Positions 16,982 through 25,843 of a stretch of DNA of 37,030 nt are shown in pieces; positions within the stretch are counted from its first letter, which is position 1, and the number at the start of each line of letters is the position of its first letter. The stretch lies in the NCBI GenBank assembly GCA_036336835.1, contig JAYZFK010000077.1, forward strand, positions 1 to 37,030. The letters run 5' to 3'. A program made the position numbers and the translations under genes. The stretch comes from Myxococcota bacterium. Lineage in GTDB: Bacteria > Myxococcota_A > UBA9160 > UBA4427. The notes below the pieces were generated by a model. It saw only the letters and a program-made list of their open reading frames with translations. It was not told where the DNA came from and did no database searches.

Positions 16982-19390
16982 ATGCCGCGTGGATCCACCC
17001 GGCGAGCTGCAGATCGCCGGTGCTTCGGAAACGCCAGGCCCTTCGCACGGACGACGCTGGCGATCGCGGCATTCGTGGCCGTCGCGGCACTGCATCTACC
17101 CTCTTCCGAGGCAGGGGCGCGCGGCGTTCGTGTGGGCATCGTCCTCGATGGACCGGTGACACGGGCCGACCTGATCGACATCTTTCGCGCGGAGCTGGTC
17201 GAGCTGATGGGCGAAGAGTTCGGCCTCGAAGTGCCCGGGGACGCAATCGTGCCGAGCGACTACACGGCCGAGGGGGTCCGGGCCTCGCTCGACGCACTGT
17301 ACGACGACCCAAAGATCGATCTCGTCGTGGCCCTCGGACTGATCGCGTCTCAGGAGGCGGCGCGTCACCCCTACAGGCCCAAGCCGACCTTCGCACCGTT
17401 TCCCGTCGACGCCGCGATCCAGAACCTGCCCTACGCCGATGGCACGAGCGGAGTGCAGAACTTCAACTACCTGGCGTCGAACATCGACACTCGCCAGAGT
17501 CTCGCGGCGTTCCGGGAGCTCGTTTCCTTCGAGCATCTGGCGCTGTTCGTCAACGCCGAGCTGGCGCGCGCGGTACCGGGCTTTACCGCCCAGGCGAAGG
17601 CAGCGGCCCAGCTGCTCGGCGTCGAGCTCGATGTAATTCCGGTGGACCGCTCCGTGGGCGACGCGCTGGCCGCGATCGGCCCGAGAGTCGACGCGGTCTT
17701 CGTCACGCCGCTGTTGCAGCTGTCCGCCGCGGAGTTCGAACAGCTGACCCGGGGGTTCATCGAACGGCGGCTTCCGAGCTTCTCGCTGCTCGGAGAGGGG
17801 GAGGTCGCAGCCGGCATCCTGGCCGGCATCCGGCCGCACTCGGATTGGCGGCGCATGGCGCGCCGGATCTCCTTGAACGCCCAGCGAGCACTGCTGGGAG
17901 AGGATCCCGGCACACTGCCGGTAGAGTTCGAGATGCGCAAGCGCCTGGTGCTCAACATGGAGACGGCGCGCGCGATCGGCTTCTCTCCCAGCTGGTCGGT
18001 CTATGTCGAGGCCCGACTCCTCCACCCCGACGATATGCAACAGCGCGAGCGAACTCTGATCGGGAGTGTGCGAGAGGCGATCTCGAGCAATCTCTCTCTC
18101 GAGGCGAACCGTCACGAGGTGCTGGCCGGCGCGGAAGAGGTCCGCAACGCGCGCTCGAAGCTGCTTCCAAAGGCTGAGTTTCGCACCGGCTACACGCGAA
18201 TCGACGGCGACCGCGCCCGCAACAGCTTCGGCCTGATGCCGGAGAGCCAGCAAGACGTGGGCGGGCGGGTCGAGCAGCTGATCTGGGACGAGAGAGCGTG
18301 GGCGAGCTTCACAGTCGAGAAGCACCTGCAGCGGTCCCGAGAAGAGGACCGCAGCGTACGCACCCTCGACATCGTTCTGGCCGGGGCCAGCGCCTACCTG
18401 GACGTGCTCCGCGCCCGGACGCTGCTGCGTACCGAGCGCGAGAACCTCGCGGTCAGCCGCTCCAACCTGGACCTCGCCCGTATGCGGGTTGCCGTCGGCT
18501 ACTCCGGCCGCCAGGAGGAGCTCCGCTGGCTGAGCCGGATCAACCGCGACAAGCAGGCCGTGATCGACGCGTACGTTCGTGTGGAAATCGCGCGGCAACG
18601 TCTCAACCAGCTGTTGAATCGTCCCATCGAAGAGAGCTTTGCTGCCCAGGACGCGACCCTCGCCGAGTACGGCTTCATCTTCGGAGACCCGAAACTCCTG
18701 TCCTACGTCGACTCGCCGGCCGAGAACCGGGTCTTCCGCGACTTCATGGTCGAGGTCGGGCTCGAGGCATCCCCGGAAATCAAGCGCATCGACGCGGCCC
18801 TCGAGGCGCGCGAACGAGTACTGGCATCGACGCGTAGCGCATTCTACTCGCCGTCGGTTGCCTTTCGCGGCGACCTGCGCCACAGCGTCCACGAGTCCGG
18901 GGCCGGTTCGAACATCGCGCTGAGCGACGACACCGACTACACGCTAGGTCTGCAACTCACCTTTCCCATCGTGCGCGGGGGCGCGAAGTTCTCGGAGACC
19001 CGGCAGGCCTTCGAGGAGGTCGCCCAGCTTCGCGTCGAGAGGCGGTTGGCGTCGCAACAGGTGGAGCGCGACGTACGTTCCACCTTCTTCCTGGCCGCAC
19101 GCTCCTTCACCAGCATCGCGCTCTCGAAGGCGGCGGCGGCGGCGGCGAGCGAGAACTTCGCGCTGGTGACAGACCTCTACGCACGCGGTGCGGTGGGCAT
19201 CATCGACCTGCTCGACGCGCAGAACGCGGCGCTACGCGCCGACCAGGCGGCCGCGAACGCGGTCCACGACTTCCTGGTCGACCTGATGCGCGCGGAGCGA
19301 GCAGCTTCGCGCTTTCCCTTCCTGTCCTCGCGCTCCGAGCGCGATGCCCTGGTCGAACGCATGAAGAGCTTCTTTGCGCGCACGCCTTGA
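16982..19390 (+). CDS. TolC-family outer-membrane factor fused to an N-terminal ABC-type substrate-binding domain
   Basis: Signal-peptide-like N-terminus. About 310 aa ending in 'LLGEDPGTLPVEFEMRKRLVLNMETARAIG', resembling the ABC_sub_bind C-terminus. Then two OEP repeats ('ARSKLLPKAEF', 'AYLDVL', 'AFYSPSVAF', 'YARGAVGIIDLLDAQ'). Confidence 0.85.
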   Translation: MPRGSTRRAADRRCFGNARPFARTTLAIAAFVAVAALHLPSSEAGARGVRVGIVLDGPVTRADLIDIFRAELVELMGEEFGLEVPGDAIVPSDYTAEGVRASLDALYDDPKIDLVVALGLIASQEAARHPYRPKPTFAPFPVDAAIQNLPYADGTSGVQNFNYLASNIDTRQSLAAFRELVSFEHLALFVNAELARAVPGFTAQAKAAAQLLGVELDVIPVDRSVGDALAAIGPRVDAVFVTPLLQLSAAEFEQLTRGFIERRLPSFSLLGEGEVAAGILAGIRPHSDWRRMARRISLNAQRALLGEDPGTLPVEFEMRKRLVLNMETARAIGFSPSWSVYVEARLLHPDDMQQRERTLIGSVREAISSNLSLEANRHEVLAGAEEVRNARSKLLPKAEFRTGYTRIDGDRARNSFGLMPESQQDVGGRVEQLIWDERAWASFTVEKHLQRSREEDRSVRTLDIVLAGASAYLDVLRARTLLRTERENLAVSRSNLDLARMRVAVGYSGRQEELRWLSRINRDKQAVIDAYVRVEIARQRLNQLLNRPIEESFAAQDATLAEYGFIFGDPKLLSYVDSPAENRVFRDFMVEVGLEASPEIKRIDAALEARERVLASTRSAFYSPSVAFRGDLRHSVHESGAGSNIALSDDTDYTLGLQLTFPIVRGGAKFSETRQAFEEVAQLRVERRLASQQVERDVRSTFFLAARSFTSIALSKAAAAAASENFALVTDLYARGAVGIIDLLDAQNAALRADQAAANAVHDFLVDLMRAERAASRFPFLSSRSERDALVERMKSFFARTP

Positions 19391-19423
19391 GCCGATCGCG
19401 GCTTCCCCGTCCGAGAGGAATCC

Positions 19424-20554
19424 ATGGCCAGCAGACCCCCGCCCCCCAACGTCTGGCAGACCGTCGTGGCCGCGGCCCTGACCGCACTGGTCGCTTGCGG
19501 AGGCGAGCCCGAGGTCAGTGAGCCGTTGATCCGCCCGGTCCGCACCGCGCGGGTCCAGTCCACCGGAAGTGAGCAGGTACGCAGCTTCACCGGCTCGACG
19601 AAGGCGGGCGCGGAGATCGCCCTGAGCTTCAAGGTTCCCGGGACCATCATGCGATTGCTCGTGCGCCTGGGCGACCCGGTCGTAAGAGGACAGCTGATCG
19701 CACAGCTGGAGCCCAGCGACTACGAGCTGCGGGAAGGCGAGGCAAGGGCCACACGCGCTCTGAGGTTTGCGGAGCAACGCAACGCCGAGGCCCAGTACGA
19801 TCGCGTGCGCGCGCTCTACGAGAACAACAACGCGTCGCGCACGGAGCTCGACGCCGCACGCGCACGCGCGGAGTCCGCGGGCTCGCTGTTGGAGGCCCAC
19901 TCGAAGACGCTCGAGCTCGCGACTAAGCAGCTCAGCTACACGCGGCTCGAGGCGCCGGTCGATGGCCTCGTATCCGAGGTCCCCGGCGACGAGAACGAGA
20001 ACGTCGCCGCGGGTCAAACGACGGTGGTACTGACCTCCGGCGCACTGCCGGAGGTCGAGATCGCGATCCCCAGCCACCTGATCGCGCAGGTGAAGCGGGA
20101 CGACATCGTGAAGGTGAGCCTGCCAAGCATCGAGGGTCCTCCCCTGCCGGCAACCGTCATCGAAGTTGGGGTCAGCGCCGGCGCTGGGCGCAGCACCTTT
20201 CCCGTCACGGCAAGGCTTCACGAGGATCACCCCGCGATCCGGCCGGGCATGGCCGCCGAGGTGGAGTTCCGCTTTGCAGCGGAAGGCGAAGGACGCCTGC
20301 TGGTCCCGACCGTGGCCGTCGGAGAGGATCGGCAGGGCCGCTTCGTGTTCGTCTTCGAGACCGGACCCGACGGACTCGGCACGGCACGTCGCCGCGCCGT
20401 CGAAATAGGGAGCGTCTCCGTCGGGGGGCTCGAAATCCTCTCCGGGCTCCGCGAGGGCGAGACGGTCATTACGGCGGGCGTTCGCCGGATACAGGACGGG
20501 CTCCCGGTGCGGCTCCTCGACCCACCGGAGCCGGACCGAAAGGCACACCAGTGA
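19424..20554 (+). CDS. RND efflux periplasmic adaptor (MFP), lipoprotein
   Basis: Lipobox 'LVAC', lipoyl halves 'FKVPGTI...VRLGDPVVRGQLIAQL' and 'LEAPVDGLV', a coiled-coil hairpin, 'RPGM' and 'GLREGETVITAG'. Confidence 0.93.
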   Translation: MASRPPPPNVWQTVVAAALTALVACGGEPEVSEPLIRPVRTARVQSTGSEQVRSFTGSTKAGAEIALSFKVPGTIMRLLVRLGDPVVRGQLIAQLEPSDYELREGEARATRALRFAEQRNAEAQYDRVRALYENNNASRTELDAARARAESAGSLLEAHSKTLELATKQLSYTRLEAPVDGLVSEVPGDENENVAAGQTTVVLTSGALPEVEIAIPSHLIAQVKRDDIVKVSLPSIEGPPLPATVIEVGVSAGAGRSTFPVTARLHEDHPAIRPGMAAEVEFRFAAEGEGRLLVPTVAVGEDRQGRFVFVFETGPDGLGTARRRAVEIGSVSVGGLEILSGLREGETVITAGVRRIQDGLPVRLLDPPEPDRKAHQ

Positions 20555-23500
20555 ACCTGACGCGCGCCGCGATCCAGAGGGATCGGGTGACGTGGGTAGC
20601 CCTCGCGGTCATCGCGTTGACGGGTGTGTTCACCTATCTGGGAATGCCGCGGGCCGAGGATCCGGGCTTCACCGTCCGCACCGCGGTGGTCCTGACACGG
20701 TTTCCGGGCGCGAGCGCCGAACGCGTCGAGCAGCTGGTCACTGACAAGCTCGAGAAGAAGATTCAGGAGCTGCCCGAGCTCGAGCGCATTCAGAGCCAGT
20801 CCAAGGAGGGGGTGTCGATCATCTACGTCGACATCGACGAGAAGTACAGCAACATGCGTCCCCTCTGGGACAAGCTGCGGCGCAAGGTCCAGCGGGCAGC
20901 AGCCGAGCTGCCCTCCGGTGTGATCGGCCCTGTCGTGAACGACGAGTTCGGTGATGTCTTCGGCATCGTGCTCGGGATCATCGGAGACGGCTTCGGCTAC
21001 GCGGAGTTGAAGCAGGTCGCCGACGAGGTGCGCGACGAACTCCTGCACCTGCCCGACGTCGCCAAGGTCGAGATCTACGGGGCCCAGCAAGAACGCATCT
21101 TCGTCGAGTACGACAACGCGCGACTCGCCGAGCTTGGCTTGTCGCCGCTCCTGCTCCAGAAAGTCCTCCGGGAGCGCAACATCATCGTCCCAGGCGGTCA
21201 GGTCAGCACGGAGTTCGAGCGGATCACGCTCGAACCCTCGGGAAACTTCGAGTCGATCGAGGACACGGCTCGCACTGTCGTGGTGGTGCCCGGGAGCCGC
21301 GAGGTGATGTATCTCGGCGACATCGTCGACATCTATCGCGGCTACGTGGACCCGCCGCATAGCAAGGTTCGCGTCTCAGGCGAGAACGCGCTCGCGCTAG
21401 CGGTGGCGATGCGGGAGGGCGGCAACATTCTAGACGTCGGGAAGGGCATCGAGGCCTTCCTCGAGCGAGCGCGCTCCGTCTACCCGATCGGCATCGAGTT
21501 CGAGATGATTCAGTTCCAGCCCGATGCGGTCGAGCGGAAGATCAGCGATTTCATCGGAAATTTGCTCCAGGCAATCGGGGTCGTCACCCTGGTTCTTCTG
21601 TTCGCACTCGGTCTCCGCACGGGCCTGATCGTCGCGAGCCTGATTCCGATGACGATCGCCATGGGACTGGTGCTGATGGGCTACTTCGACATCGGTCTCA
21701 ACCAGATTTCACTGGCGGCACTCATCATCGCGCTCGGCATGCTCGTCGACACGTCGATCGTGATGTGCGAGTCGATCACGGTCGAGATCGCTGCCGGCAA
21801 GTCACCCGTCGAAGCGGCCGTGGCTTCCTCACAGGAGCTGATGGTCCCTCTGCTCACATCCGCGCTCACGACCGCGGCCGCCTTCCTCCCGATCTATCTC
21901 GCGGAGGCGAAGGCCGGCGAGTACACCGCGCCGATCTTCCAGGTCGTGACCATCATGCTGCTCTCCTCGTGGCTCCTCGGCTTGACGCTGATCCCGCTGC
22001 TCTGCGTGCGCTATCTGCGCGTCTCCGCGAACCCCGATGCCGAGAGCGTCGATTCGCCGTTCTACCAGCGGTACCGGGCGGTCCTGGTGGGCGTCCTGCA
22101 ACACCGCTTCTTGTTTCTCGTCGCCGTCGCGGGCGTCTTCGCAGCCGCCATCTACGGCTTCCGCTTCGTACCGTCGATTTTCTTCCCACCCAACGACCGA
22201 CCCACTTTCACCGCCGAGATCGAGCTGCCCGCCGGCAGCCCCATTGCACGGACGGAGGCCGTGGTTCGAGAGTTCGATCGCTACATCGCCGAGCACCACC
22301 GCATCGGCCCCGAGCGCGACGAGGGCGTGACGGACTGGATCACCTTCGTAGGCAATGGTGGGCCCCGCTTCATCCTCCCCTACGCGCCGAAGGTCGCGTC
22401 TCCCGAGATTGCCTACGCGATCCTCAACGCCACCTCCCGCTCGGCCGTGGATCCACTGCTCCCGAAGATCGAGCAGTTCCTGCGCGATCATTTCCCCGAT
22501 GTCAAAGCGACGGTGCGTCCGCTCGACACCGGGCCGCCCGCGTGGCCGCCCATCGAGGTCCGCATCTCAGGGCGCGACACGGAGCAGATCTTCGCGCTGG
22601 CCGACCAGGTCAAAGCAAGGCTCCGCGAGATCCCCGGCACCAAACTCATCGACGACGACTGGGGGGCGCGCGCCAAGAAGGCGCGGATTGCCATCGACCA
22701 GCCGCGGGCCCGGCGCGCGGGGGTGACCAGCCAGGACGTCGCGCTCTCGCTCCAGAGCTTCCTGTCCGGAATCGAGACGACGCAGTACCGGGAGGGCGAC
22801 AAGCTCATCCCGGTCACGCTTCGTTCGGTCGCGGCCGGGCGCAACGACCTCGGTCGCATTGACGGCATCAACGTGTACGCCCAGGCCTCGGGCGTCTCGG
22901 TCCCCCTGAACCAGGTCGCCGATCTGGTCCTCGAATGGGAGCCCGCGCGCGTGCACCGCTTCAACCGCGTTCGGACCGTGACGGTCGAATCGGCAATGGC
23001 GCCCAGCCACACGGCTGCTGACATCAACTCCGCGCTTTCGCCGTGGCTCGAGGAGCAGTCGACAGCCTGGGGGCTCGGCTACACCTGGGAGCTCGGCGGC
23101 GAGCACGAGGCCTCCGACCGATCGCGGCGGGCAATTGGCGCCAAGCTTCCGATCGCCGGGCTCATCATCGTCCTGCTACTGGTCGGACAGTTCAACTCGG
23201 TCCGCAAGCCCCTGATCATCCTCATCACGATCCCACTCGGCCTGATCGGCGTGGTCTTCGGCCTGCTCGTGGCGCGTTCCTACTTCGGCTTCTTCACACT
23301 CCTCGGCGTCATCGCGCTCTCGGGCGTCGTCATCAACAACGCGATCGTCCTGATCGATCGCATTCGGATCGAGATCGAAGACCTGGGGCGAACGCCCGCC
23401 GAGGCAGTCATCGAGGCGGCCATCCGCCGTCTCCGACCGATCCTCCTCACCACCGCGACAACGGTCCTCGGCCTGATCCCGTTGTGGTTCGGCGGCGGCT

Positions 23501-23691
23501 CGATGTTCCAGCCGATGGCGATCACGATCATCTTCGGCTTGCTGTTTGCGACGGTTCTGACGCTGCTCCTGGTGCCCGTGCTCTACTCGCTGTTGTTCCG
23601 TGTCGATGTTCGGGCGTACTCGGCGCCTCCGACCGGTGAAAATCGACTCGAGCCTGCCTTGGGCGCTGAAGCCACCGGAGTCGACTCGTGA
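20551..23691 (+). CDS. RND efflux transporter permease (AcrB/AcrD/AcrF family)
   Basis: 1046 aa with 12-TM/two-periplasmic-loop architecture. Motifs 'PGASAERVEQLVT', 'ALGMLVD', 'GVVINNAIVLID' and 'RLRPILLT'. GTGA overlap with the MFP. Confidence 0.95.
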   Translation: MNLTRAAIQRDRVTWVALAVIALTGVFTYLGMPRAEDPGFTVRTAVVLTRFPGASAERVEQLVTDKLEKKIQELPELERIQSQSKEGVSIIYVDIDEKYSNMRPLWDKLRRKVQRAAAELPSGVIGPVVNDEFGDVFGIVLGIIGDGFGYAELKQVADEVRDELLHLPDVAKVEIYGAQQERIFVEYDNARLAELGLSPLLLQKVLRERNIIVPGGQVSTEFERITLEPSGNFESIEDTARTVVVVPGSREVMYLGDIVDIYRGYVDPPHSKVRVSGENALALAVAMREGGNILDVGKGIEAFLERARSVYPIGIEFEMIQFQPDAVERKISDFIGNLLQAIGVVTLVLLFALGLRTGLIVASLIPMTIAMGLVLMGYFDIGLNQISLAALIIALGMLVDTSIVMCESITVEIAAGKSPVEAAVASSQELMVPLLTSALTTAAAFLPIYLAEAKAGEYTAPIFQVVTIMLLSSWLLGLTLIPLLCVRYLRVSANPDAESVDSPFYQRYRAVLVGVLQHRFLFLVAVAGVFAAAIYGFRFVPSIFFPPNDRPTFTAEIELPAGSPIARTEAVVREFDRYIAEHHRIGPERDEGVTDWITFVGNGGPRFILPYAPKVASPEIAYAILNATSRSAVDPLLPKIEQFLRDHFPDVKATVRPLDTGPPAWPPIEVRISGRDTEQIFALADQVKARLREIPGTKLIDDDWGARAKKARIAIDQPRARRAGVTSQDVALSLQSFLSGIETTQYREGDKLIPVTLRSVAAGRNDLGRIDGINVYAQASGVSVPLNQVADLVLEWEPARVHRFNRVRTVTVESAMAPSHTAADINSALSPWLEEQSTAWGLGYTWELGGEHEASDRSRRAIGAKLPIAGLIIVLLLVGQFNSVRKPLIILITIPLGLIGVVFGLLVARSYFGFFTLLGVIALSGVVINNAIVLIDRIRIEIEDLGRTPAEAVIEAAIRRLRPILLTTATTVLGLIPLWFGGGSMFQPMAITIIFGLLFATVLTLLLVPVLYSLLFRVDVRAYSAPPTGENRLEPALGAEATGVDS

Positions 23692-23982
23692 CGAGTCCTG
23701 GCCGCTCAGGCACGCGACCCGTGGGGCAATCGAGACCCGCTGGGGCCCTGGGCCGGCTGGCCAGCAACGCAGCAGGCCGTGAGAATCCGGCAGAAGGCCC
23801 CTAAGCCGCGCTGGCCGGATTCATGGGCGTGGCGAGCTCGTCGCGTCTCGACTCTCGACGCCAGCGTGGTGGCCGTCAGGGCCACCTGTAGGATCTTCGC
23901 ACCGTGGCCGGGAAGGCGCGCGATGATTGAAATGGCCAACCGGATCGTGCGATCATGAGTCCCTCCTGGGGTTGGGGTTCGC

Positions 23983-25827
23983 GTGCATACGTTTTCGGGA
24001 TCGAATTCGCGTTCGAAACTCGCAGAGTTGCTCGGCGCAACTGATCTGTTCGCGGGCTTGGAGGATGCCCTCCTCCAGGAATTCGCGGGCCGCTGCGAAC
24101 GGGTGTATCTGGCTCCCGGCGAATTCCTGATGCGAGAGGGCGATCCCGCGGATTGCCTGTACGTCCTCGTCAGCGGCCGGCTTCGCGTCCAGGTCAAGCA
24201 GCGCGACGGCGTAGAAGCGGCCGTCGGCGAAATCGGGCGCAATGAGGTGGTCGGCGAGATGGCCATCATTGCGGATGAGCCACGCTCGGCGACCGTCATC
24301 GCGATTCGCGACAGCGAGCTCCTGATGTTCTCGAGAGAGGATTTCGAGCACCTCGTCGAGAAGCATCCCGTGGCCATGCTGAAGATTGCGCGCCAGATCG
24401 TGACCCGGCTCCGGCGAAGCATCCGCTCTCAGGCCGCATCGAGGAGGGAGTTGAGCATCGCGGTCATCCCGGCCGGTGAGCAGGCCCCGATCGACCCGTT
24501 CATCGATGAGTTCGTCGACCGGCTTGGCCAAATCGGTTCGACCCTGGTGCTCGACAGCGGCTTGGTCGACGAACACCTCGGACCTGGCGCAGCCGACGCA
24601 ACGCAGCACGGCTCGCACAACGACCGACTCCTGAGCTGGCTCAATGAACAAGAGGCGAAACATCGCTATATCGTCTACCGCGCGGACGCGTCTGCGACGA
24701 ACTGGACACGCCGATGTCTGCGTCTGGCCGACCGCGTACTCGCCGTGGGGCTGGCGCGGAGCAATCCCGAGCGAAACGAGATCGAAGAAGAATTCCTGAA
24801 ACACGGCTCCAACAAGGTCTTCGCCCAGGCCGAGCTGGTTCTCGTTCACGAGAACGACGGGACCCCACCGAGCGGGACGAAGCACTGGCTTGCCCTGCGC
24901 AACGTCCGGGGTTGCCATCACATTCGCAGCGGGCTCGAGAAGGATTACGAGCGGCTCGTCAGGCTCCTGACCGGCAGGGCATTCGGTCTCGTTCTGGGAG
25001 GAGGCGGCGCACGCGGGCTCGCACACGTCGGCGTGATCCGAGCCATCCAAGAAATTGGGATCCCGATCGACGCGATCGGCGGGACGAGCATGGGCGCGGT
25101 CATTTCAGGGTTCTATGCGATGAATTCCGATCTCGAAAACATGACCGCGCTTTGCCGGACTACATTCCTGAAACAACGGAAGCTGCTAGACATCACCTTT
25201 CCAGCCGTTGCGTTGGCGTCCGGAAAACGAATCGGGAAACACCTCGAGACGGTCTTCGGCGATGCGCAAATCGAGGATCTCTGGCTGAAATACTATTGCG
25301 TGTCGAGCAATCTGACCCGCGCCGAAACGGCGGTCCACCGCGACGGCTCGTGTTGGCAGCGGATCCGAGCGAGCATCTCTCTTCCCGGCATCCTGCCGCC
25401 GATCTACCACGATGGGGACCTGCTCGTGGACGGGAGCGTCACGAACAACCTTCCCGTGGGCATCATGCGCACGACATGCGACGGGGGAACGGTCATCGCC
25501 GTCGACGTCAGTCCGAAGGTGGACATGCGGCAGAAGGTATCCTTCGGCGAGGCGATTTCGGGCTGGAAGGTCCTGAGGCGAGGCATGAACCCGTTCGCCC
25601 GATCGATGGAGGTTCCCACGATTGCGAACGTCCTGATGCGAACCACGCTGCTGGGCAGCTCGAGTGCTCAGGCCGCCAACGCGCGGGATGCCGATCTCTG
25701 CCTGTACCCGCCCGTCGAGAACGCGGGCCTGCTGGAATTCCAGGCGTTCGAGGACCTCGCCGAAACCGGATACCGCTACGCCGTGGAAGAACTCCAGAAA
25801 TGGTGGCCCGACAACGCCATCAGGTAG
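23983..25827 (+). CDS. Cyclic-nucleotide-binding domain + patatin-like phospholipase (NTE family)
   Basis: CNBD with 'EGDPADCLYVLVSG' and phosphate-binding cassette 'GEMAIIADEPRSATV'. NTE linker 'WTRRCLRLADRVL'. Patatin motifs 'GGGGARG', 'GTSMG' and 'DGS'. GTG start is uncertain. Confidence 0.92.
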   Translation: MHTFSGSNSRSKLAELLGATDLFAGLEDALLQEFAGRCERVYLAPGEFLMREGDPADCLYVLVSGRLRVQVKQRDGVEAAVGEIGRNEVVGEMAIIADEPRSATVIAIRDSELLMFSREDFEHLVEKHPVAMLKIARQIVTRLRRSIRSQAASRRELSIAVIPAGEQAPIDPFIDEFVDRLGQIGSTLVLDSGLVDEHLGPGAADATQHGSHNDRLLSWLNEQEAKHRYIVYRADASATNWTRRCLRLADRVLAVGLARSNPERNEIEEEFLKHGSNKVFAQAELVLVHENDGTPPSGTKHWLALRNVRGCHHIRSGLEKDYERLVRLLTGRAFGLVLGGGGARGLAHVGVIRAIQEIGIPIDAIGGTSMGAVISGFYAMNSDLENMTALCRTTFLKQRKLLDITFPAVALASGKRIGKHLETVFGDAQIEDLWLKYYCVSSNLTRAETAVHRDGSCWQRIRASISLPGILPPIYHDGDLLVDGSVTNNLPVGIMRTTCDGGTVIAVDVSPKVDMRQKVSFGEAISGWKVLRRGMNPFARSMEVPTIANVLMRTTLLGSSSAQAANARDADLCLYPPVENAGLLEFQAFEDLAETGYRYAVEELQKWWPDNAIR

Positions 25828-25843
25828 AGACACCAGGGTTCGG

